A DNA stretch of 64,000 nt from a bacterium (GTDB lineage: Bacteria; UBA8248): NCBI GenBank assembly GCA_965213625.1, contig CBDBZU010000004.1, forward strand, positions 2,624,001-2,688,000, in the 5' to 3' direction. The position numbers and the translations under genes are program-made. Below the pieces are notes generated by a model that saw nothing but the letters and a program-made list of their open reading frames with translations, had not been told where the DNA came from and did no database searches. Below are positions 58,397 to 64,000 of this stretch, piece by piece; position 1 is the stretch's first letter, and each line of letters starts with the position of its first letter.

Positions 58397-59176
58397 TTGG
58401 CGAAGGAAGACAAGGTCGTCGGCTCTGCCGATGAGATGGCCAAAACCAGTTGGGAGCGGGTGAACGACAAGGTTCACGTGTGGCCCTACCTCACGCGCCT
58501 GGAATTCATGTGCGCGATCATCATCACCATATTCCTGGTGGTGTGGTCCATCGTGATCGACGCGCCGCTCGAAGAACCCGCGAACCCTTCCGTCACGCCG
58601 AACCCCTCGAAGGCGCCGTGGTATTTCCTGGGCCTTCAGGAGCTGCTCGTCTATTTCGACCCGTGGATGGCGGGCGTCGTGCTGCCCACCCTTATCATCG
58701 TAGGCTTGATGGCCATTCCCTTTATCGATGTGAACCCCAAGGGGAACGGTTATTACACGTTCCACGAACGCAGGTTCGCCATCTTCACCTTCCTGTTCGG
58801 ATTTCTGGTCCTGTGGGTGTGGATGGTGGTGCAGGGAACATTCCTGCGCGGGCCGGGGTGGAACTTCTTCATGCCCTGGGAGTATTGGGACCCGCACAAG
58901 GTCGTGGCGCTCACGAACGTGGATCTGCCCTACATGCTCGGCTTCAGGAGCTACTGGAGCCAGGCGGCGGCGGGCACTGTGATGATTGTGCTCTGGTACG
59001 CCACCATTCCGGCGTACTACATCTGGCGGCGCGAGCGCATGAAGAACGTAGGACTGGTGCGCTATCTCATAAAAGCGTCGCTCAACATGACGATGATGGG
59101 GATAGTGGCGAAAATGGTCCTGCGCATCGGGTTGAACGTCAAATACGTTCTCGTTACGCCCTGGTTCAATATTTAG
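58397..59176 (+). CDS. petD: Subunit-IV-like (cyt b C-terminal) protein
   Basis: VWP...E, APLEEPANP..TPNPSKAPWYFLG (PEWY-equivalent), P.ID.NP. Confidence 0.82.
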   Translation: MAKEDKVVGSADEMAKTSWERVNDKVHVWPYLTRLEFMCAIIITIFLVVWSIVIDAPLEEPANPSVTPNPSKAPWYFLGLQELLVYFDPWMAGVVLPTLIIVGLMAIPFIDVNPKGNGYYTFHERRFAIFTFLFGFLVLWVWMVVQGTFLRGPGWNFFMPWEYWDPHKVVALTNVDLPYMLGFRSYWSQAAAGTVMIVLWYATIPAYYIWRRERMKNVGLVRYLIKASLNMTMMGIVAKMVLRIGLNVKYVLVTPWFNI

Positions 59177-59196
59177 GTTTTACTTGAGCGGAGAAG

Positions 59197-59304
59197 ATGG
59201 TTCAGGATAGACAGCGAAAACATCTGTGGTGGGACGCTTGCGGCGTGAAGGTGGCCGCCCTCGCTCTGCTCGTCGTCTCGGGCGTGATTTATCTCTTGGC
59301 GTAG
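59197..59304 (+). CDS. 35-aa single-TM protein at the end of the Rieske/cyt b operon
   Basis: SD GGAG; MVQDRQRKHLWWDACGVKVAALALLVVSGVIYLLA; lies before the terminator. Confidence 0.55.
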   Translation: MVQDRQRKHLWWDACGVKVAALALLVVSGVIYLLA

Positions 59305-59352
59305 GAGATTTAAGGACACGAAACGTTAAAGCTTATTGACTCTGAGATTATG

Positions 59353-59385
59353 AAACCGCTTCCCGGACAGGGAGGCGGTTTTTTT
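59353..59385 (+). terminator. Intrinsic terminator of the Rieske/cyt b operon
   Basis: AAACCGCTTCCC-GGACA-GGGAGGCGG followed by a T run. Confidence 0.78.
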
Positions 59386-59474
59386 ATCTTCGCGGGTCGT
59401 GCCCTGCCGTCATCGTAATGATTGCATTGCAATCATTTTGTAGTGTAGAATGTAATCCTAAGGAGGGTATGAAT

Positions 59475-59717
59475 ATGGCGAGCATCACGATTCGCAACCT
59501 CGACGACGACGTGAAAACCCGTCTCCGCGTGCGTGCGGCGGAGAACGGCCGTTCGATGGAAGAGGAAGCGCGGCAGATCCTGCGCGAGGCTGTCGGGGGC
59601 AAGCCCGGTTCGCAAAACCTCGCAAGCCTTATCCGCGCCCGGTTCGAGCCCTTGGGTGGTGTGGATCTGGAGTTGCCGCCGCGTGAGCCTGCTCGTGAAC
59701 CGCCCCGGTTCGATTGA
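59475..59717 (+). CDS. vapB: FitA/Arc-type ribbon-helix-helix antitoxin
   Basis: MASITIRNLDD.VK.RLR.RAA.NGRSMEEEAR; SD AGGAGG. Confidence 0.88.
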   Translation: MASITIRNLDDDVKTRLRVRAAENGRSMEEEARQILREAVGGKPGSQNLASLIRARFEPLGGVDLELPPREPAREPPRFD

Positions 59718-59727
59718 GGCGGCAGGT

Positions 59728-60150
59728 ATGATCTTGCTGGACACGAACGTCGTTACCGAACTGATGCGTTCCTCACCCGAGCCAGCCGTAGAAGCATGGA
59801 TTGCGGGACATCCCGTGGAGGAGCTGTTCTTCTCGGCGGTCGGTGAAGCAGAACTGCGCTGCTGTGTTGCCGTCATGCCGATGGATCGACGTCGTGACAG
59901 GCTGGCTTCTGAAATCGAAGGCATGCTTCGCGAGGAATTCGAAGGCCGCGTGTTGCCGTTCGACGGCGCCGCAGCGCGCGCTTATGCGGAAGTCGCTTCA
60001 GTGTGTCGCGCCGCAGGGCGTCCTGTCCCGCTGGCCGATTGTCAGATTGCGGCTATCGCACGCTCAAGAGAGATGGCGGTGGCGACGAGTAATGTCCGGG
60101 ACTTCGAAGATATGGGGATTGACGTCATCGATCCGTGGTCGGGCGCGTAA
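59728..60150 (+). CDS. vapC: PIN-domain toxin (FitB/VapC)
   Basis: ILLDTNVVTE, AEL, LPFD, DCQIAAIA, T.NVRDF, DPW. Confidence 0.9.
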   Translation: MILLDTNVVTELMRSSPEPAVEAWIAGHPVEELFFSAVGEAELRCCVAVMPMDRRRDRLASEIEGMLREEFEGRVLPFDGAAARAYAEVASVCRAAGRPVPLADCQIAAIARSREMAVATSNVRDFEDMGIDVIDPWSGA

Positions 60151-60173
60151 GGGACTTTCTCTAAGCCATCGCC

Positions 60174-60686
60174 TCACTCCGCACCAGGCCAGGCCATGTC
60201 GTGTGCATGGAGTATCTCGCGGAGCTTCGCGACGTTGATGAGCTCCATCGGTGCGCCTTCGGAGTATTTCTGCACCTCTTCGGTGAAGTATCCCGTCGAT
60301 ACCAGGATTCCCTTCAGGGCCCTTTCGGCGCGCACTGTGTCGGAAAGGCCGATGACCCGTATCGAGTTCACAAAGTCGCCCTCCGGCACGAGTATGCCGT
60401 GGATGATGTAGTCGCCCCCGAGGATGGGCGCCGGGTTGTGCGCGAGGATGTCGATTTCCTCCTCGTTGACCCAGTGAACCTCCACGATGCGCATGTTCAT
60501 GCCTTCTAGCAGTTCGATGAGCATGCGCTCGAACACCTGGGGAGACATCTGGCGCAGGGATTCGATTTCCGAGTCGTTTCTGGTCTGCTCGGCATCCGCT
60601 TCGAGCGCGATGTTCGAGGTCGTTCTCTTGACGAACAAAATGGTAATAAATCCCAGGATGAGCGCAACGAAGATGAGTTCTAGCAT
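60174..60686 (-). CDS. Membrane-anchored Mrr-type restriction-endonuclease-fold protein, probably inactive
   Basis: N-terminal TM helix; MSP..FE.....LL, IDILA, KGILVSTGYFT, MELIN. The expected Q/E-x-K position reads HGI. Confidence 0.7.
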   Translation of the reverse strand: MLELIFVALILGFITILFVKRTTSNIALEADAEQTRNDSEIESLRQMSPQVFERMLIELLEGMNMRIVEVHWVNEEEIDILAHNPAPILGGDYIIHGILVPEGDFVNSIRVIGLSDTVRAERALKGILVSTGYFTEEVQKYSEGAPMELINVAKLREILHAHDMAWPGAE

Positions 60687-60800
60687 TTCGGCTTCCAGGA
60701 AATAAGTGAGAGGATAGGCGCGGCGCCGGAAACGATCATCGAGAATTCAGGATCATACGCGGGAGGATTGACGCGAGACAGAGAGTGGAACTCAAGGCGC

Positions 60801-60968
60801 TTATCGGATCATCTCGTCGTATACGTCGTCTTTTTTCCCTTTTTTGATGAGTTTGTCGTGTCTGAGGCCCTGAGCGATGGCCAGCCAGACGAAAAACGCC
60901 ACCAGGGGAATCATGAACGCGATGGGGATGTTGTCGGGCTTTGTCAGAATGAGCAGGAAATTTTCCAT
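60801..60968 (-). CDS. 55-aa membrane protein with KPDNIPI motif (not in the ORF track)
   Basis: MENFLLILTKPDNIPIAFMIPLVAFFVWLAIAQGLRHDKLIKKGKKDDVYDEMIR; SD AAGGA; host-like codon usage. Confidence 0.75.
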   Translation of the reverse strand: MENFLLILTKPDNIPIAFMIPLVAFFVWLAIAQGLRHDKLIKKGKKDDVYDEMIR

Positions 60969-61207
60969 CTCGAATCCTTTGCAGTCGAATAGTCGATTAA
61001 AACAGCGTTGCTATTCTGACGCAAATCCGGCCCGAGGGCAAGAGATTCAGGAGTTTGGCTCCCCCATTTGAGGCTGGCCTTTACGAGATGCCTTGACAAC
61101 CGGCGTGCGGAATGGATATATCTTTGGTATCGATAGTAAGTCGCCGGTTTGTAATGTTCATCCGGCGGGTCGCCCTTTTTGAATAGAGTTTACTGAGAGG
61201 CGCGGTT

Positions 61208-61687
61208 ATGCCCCATTTCATTTTTGACGCTTGCATCGGGTGTTCGGTATGCGAACCCGTCTGCCCCACGAAGGCCATTACGGGCGATCCGCGTGAAATA
61301 TACAAAATTGACCCCACGCTCTGTATCGACTGCGGCGTGTGCGGCAAGTATTGCCCGGCTTTCGCCATTCAGGACGATACGGGCGACATCATCAAGAACA
61401 TCAAGCACAAGGAAATGCCCAAAGCGTTCGTGCTGGAGGAGAACTGCACGGGCTGCATCTGGTGCGTGGACGTCTGCCCGTTTGACTGCATCCGCATGGC
61501 GCCCTCCTCTGTGGAGCGCGACCACAGCGCGGTGGCCGTGGTGGATCAGTCCACCTGCGTCGGCTGCCGTCTGTGCGAGGAGATTTGCAACAAGGGGGCG
61601 ATCATCGTGCCCAAGCACGACGACGAGTCCGAATACATGACGCCGTTCATGCACGAGTTCGTCACCTCGCCGCTGCGCGCATACTAA
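61208..61687 (+). CDS. Polyferredoxin with four [4Fe-4S] motifs
   Basis: CIGCSVCEPVCP, CIDCGVCGKYCP, CTGCIWCVDVCP, CVGCRLCEEIC. Confidence 0.9.
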   Translation: MPHFIFDACIGCSVCEPVCPTKAITGDPREIYKIDPTLCIDCGVCGKYCPAFAIQDDTGDIIKNIKHKEMPKAFVLEENCTGCIWCVDVCPFDCIRMAPSSVERDHSAVAVVDQSTCVGCRLCEEICNKGAIIVPKHDDESEYMTPFMHEFVTSPLRAY

Positions 61688-61707
61688 GACGAGACATTCC
61701 ATATGTT

Positions 61708-61738
61708 GACTCCCCCGGAATCGGGGGAGTCTTTTTTT
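61708..61738 (+). terminator. Intrinsic terminator
   Basis: GACTCCCCCG-GAAT-CGGGGGAGTC-T7. Confidence 0.82.
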
Positions 61739-61749
61739 GTGCGAACTCC

Positions 61750-61778
61750 TTGACGCTATATCGGCGCTCAGGTAGCGT
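61750..61778 (+). promoter_or_regulatory. Sigma70-like promoter for rel
   Basis: TTGACG-17 bp-TAGCGT, the same -10 hexamer as at 16081. Confidence 0.4.
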
Positions 61779-61870
61779 TTCCTTTGCAGGAGGCCCTATA
61801 TTCATTCCAAGGGTCTGATTTTGCTCTTTTTCGTCTTCAGGCCGAGCAAGTCGAAAGAGGAGGAAATTCG

Positions 61871-64000
61871 TTGCCTCCAGTTTTGACGTCACGCCCACCC
61901 GCCCGGATCATGGACATCGTCGATCTGGTCGAGGAATACTCGCCCGATTGCTCGGATCTGCTCACCAAAGCCTACATCTTCACGGCGAAGGTCCATAAGG
62001 GACAATCCCGCATTTCCGGTGAACCCTACATATCCCACCCGTTGGAAGTGGCCCGGCTTCTGGCGGAGTTGCGCCAGGACCCCGAGACCGTATGCGCGGG
62101 GCTTCTCCACGACACCGTGGAGGACACCGCCACGACGCTCAGGGAAGTTGACGAGCATTTCGGACATGACGTCGCCGAACTCGTGGACGGCGTCACGAAG
62201 CTCGCCAAAATCGACGTGTCGAACACACAGGTTCGTCAGGCGGAAAGCTACCGTAAGATGCTGATCGCCATGGCGAAGGACATTCGCGTCATCATCATCA
62301 AACTCGCAGACAGGCTCCACAACGCGCTGACCCTCCAGCATCTCCCCCAGAAAAGCCGGGAGCGTATTGCGCGGGAGACGGCGGAAATATACGCCCCGCT
62401 CGCCAACCGCATCGGCATCGGATGGCTCAAAGGGGCGCTCGAGGACGTGGCGTTCAAGCACTTGCATCCCAAGGAATTCCTGGAAATCGACGAGATGCTC
62501 CGCGACGGTCTCGAAGATCGCGAATCGTATATGGAGCTCATAATCGAGCAGGTGAAGGAGAGCCTGGAACTGGAAGGCGTCGGCGGCGCCGCGTCCGCCA
62601 GGTTCAAGCTCCACTCCAGCATCTATGAAAAAATGCAGACGCAAAACCTCGATTTCCATCAGGTGTACGACATTTGCGGCGTGAGGATCATCGTGGATTC
62701 CATGAAGGATTGTTACGCCGTATTGGGCGTCTTGCATTCGAAATGGACGCCCATCCCCGGACGCTTCAAGGATTACATCGCTCTTCCCAAGGCGAATCTG
62801 TACCAGTCTCTCCACACCACAGTCGTGGGGCCGGAAGGGCAGCGGGTGGAGTTCCAGATTCGCACCAATGAGATGCACCGTGTGGCGGAAGAGGGCATCG
62901 CCGCGCACTGGAAGTACAAGGAGGGTGATGAGGCCGATGACGACGGAATGGCCGACAAGTTCGAGTGGATCAGGAGAATCGTGGAGAGCCTGAACGAAGA
63001 GTCCGATCCCAGGAACCTGGTCGATTCCGTCAAGGTCAATCTGTTTCAGGATGAGGTGTTCGTCTTCACGCCCAGGGGCGAGGTGAAGAGCCTTCCGCGC
63101 GGGGCGACGCCGGTGGATTTCGCTTTCTCTATCCACACGGAGGTGGGCAGCCACTGCGTGGGCGCGAAGGTCAACGGAAAAATCACGCCGCTGAGTTCAC
63201 AGCTCGAGAATGGCGACATCGTCGAGATCATCACGAACCCGCACCGCAGGCCAAGTGCGGACTGGCTCAAGTTCGTCGTCACCGCCCGGGCGAAGCAGAA
63301 AATCAGAAACTGGATTAGACAGGAGCAGAAGGAACGCTCCCTCACGCTCGGCCAGGAGCTGCTCGAACACGAACTGGAGCGGTTCATAGAGAAGAAAGAA
63401 GTCGCCTCCTACAAGAAGCCCGCGGAATTGAAGGAGATGGCGCGATTCTTCGGGGTTCAGACCTATCAGGACGTGCTGGTATCGGTTGGATTCGGGCGCG
63501 TGTCCGCACGGCAGGTGGCGCACAAGCTGTTGCCGGAAAAACTCGTGAACGAGAGAGAGAAACGGGAGAAATCCCGTCTCAGGCGGCTTGTGAGTCGCGT
63601 GAGCCGCCACAAGAACAAAGCGGGCATCCTCGTGAAGGGCCAGGACGACGTCCTGATTCGTTACGGAAAATGCTGCCAGCCGATTCCGGGCGACGAAATT
63701 GTGGGTTTCATCACGCGCGGGCGCGGCGTGACGGTGCACAACGAGAGTTGTCCCAACATCAGGTCGCTGATGGACGAACAGGAGCGTCTGGTGGAGGTTT
63801 CCTGGGGCGAGGTCGACAAGGATCAGATGCATCTGGTGACGCTTGTCGTCGAAGCGCGCGACAGGCCGGGCGTGTTGGCAAACCTGAGCGCCGCCATCGC
63901 AAGTTGCGAGGCGAATATCTCCCGCGTGGCGGCCGAAGCCGCACAGGACAAGGCGGCGATTCGCCTGGACGTGCAAGTGCACGACCTCACCCAATTGAAC
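61871..64000 (+). CDS. rel: Bifunctional (p)ppGpp synthetase/hydrolase Rel, truncated by the window end
   Basis: TTG after GAGGAGG, open to the edge; SGEPYISHP, LLHDTVEDT, IKLADRLHN, RFKDYI, YQSLHT, EFQIRT, TGS (FVFTP, GAKVNG), CCQPIPGD, ACT (DRPGVL). Confidence 0.95.
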   Translation, partial: MPPVLTSRPPARIMDIVDLVEEYSPDCSDLLTKAYIFTAKVHKGQSRISGEPYISHPLEVARLLAELRQDPETVCAGLLHDTVEDTATTLREVDEHFGHDVAELVDGVTKLAKIDVSNTQVRQAESYRKMLIAMAKDIRVIIIKLADRLHNALTLQHLPQKSRERIARETAEIYAPLANRIGIGWLKGALEDVAFKHLHPKEFLEIDEMLRDGLEDRESYMELIIEQVKESLELEGVGGAASARFKLHSSIYEKMQTQNLDFHQVYDICGVRIIVDSMKDCYAVLGVLHSKWTPIPGRFKDYIALPKANLYQSLHTTVVGPEGQRVEFQIRTNEMHRVAEEGIAAHWKYKEGDEADDDGMADKFEWIRRIVESLNEESDPRNLVDSVKVNLFQDEVFVFTPRGEVKSLPRGATPVDFAFSIHTEVGSHCVGAKVNGKITPLSSQLENGDIVEIITNPHRRPSADWLKFVVTARAKQKIRNWIRQEQKERSLTLGQELLEHELERFIEKKEVASYKKPAELKEMARFFGVQTYQDVLVSVGFGRVSARQVAHKLLPEKLVNEREKREKSRLRRLVSRVSRHKNKAGILVKGQDDVLIRYGKCCQPIPGDEIVGFITRGRGVTVHNESCPNIRSLMDEQERLVEVSWGEVDKDQMHLVTLVVEARDRPGVLANLSAAIASCEANISRVAAEAAQDKAAIRLDVQVHDLTQLN

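Noticed and set aside
41588-63994. Long antisense ORFs such as 41588..42988, 51748..53172, 61889..63154 and 63197..63994
   Set aside because: Shadow frames of well-supported genes, as expected in GC-rich DNA.

Overview
A 64 kb GC-rich bacterial chromosomal window of housekeeping and catabolic genes mixed with small accessory insertions. No rRNA, tRNA or CRISPR array is evident. Main blocks: a core methionine synthase gene broken by one TAA; larEBC nickel-pincer cofactor genes followed by a MoaD/ThiS-like sulfur carrier and a cyclic amidohydrolase; hisC, HU and a DEAD-box helicase; many oxidoreductases; msrP; CBS/CGL transsulfuration genes; pgk; etfBA; mrp; a patchy low-GC defence-like islet (small RelA/SpoT-domain, GIY-YIG, HNH); a sugar ABC transporter; AbiE and VapBC toxin-antitoxin pairs; an IS1182-family element; ddl; a Rieske/cytochrome b6-type operon; and a long Rel running off the right edge. 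The most notable signals are missed or split by the ORF track: (1) a deiodinase-like selenoprotein with in-frame UGA and an fdhF-like SECIS; (2) a Cfa-family lipid methyltransferase split into two genes around a geranylgeranyl-reductase-family gene; (3) an SprT/Wss1-like metalloprotease ending in a beta-clamp-binding-like motif; (4) two tiny membrane ORFs that may be detached or accessory subunits of the Rieske/cyt b complex; (5) IS1182-type ends located in the loops of REP-like palindromes. All family calls come from reading motifs by eye. No database searches were run, so novelty claims are hypotheses.
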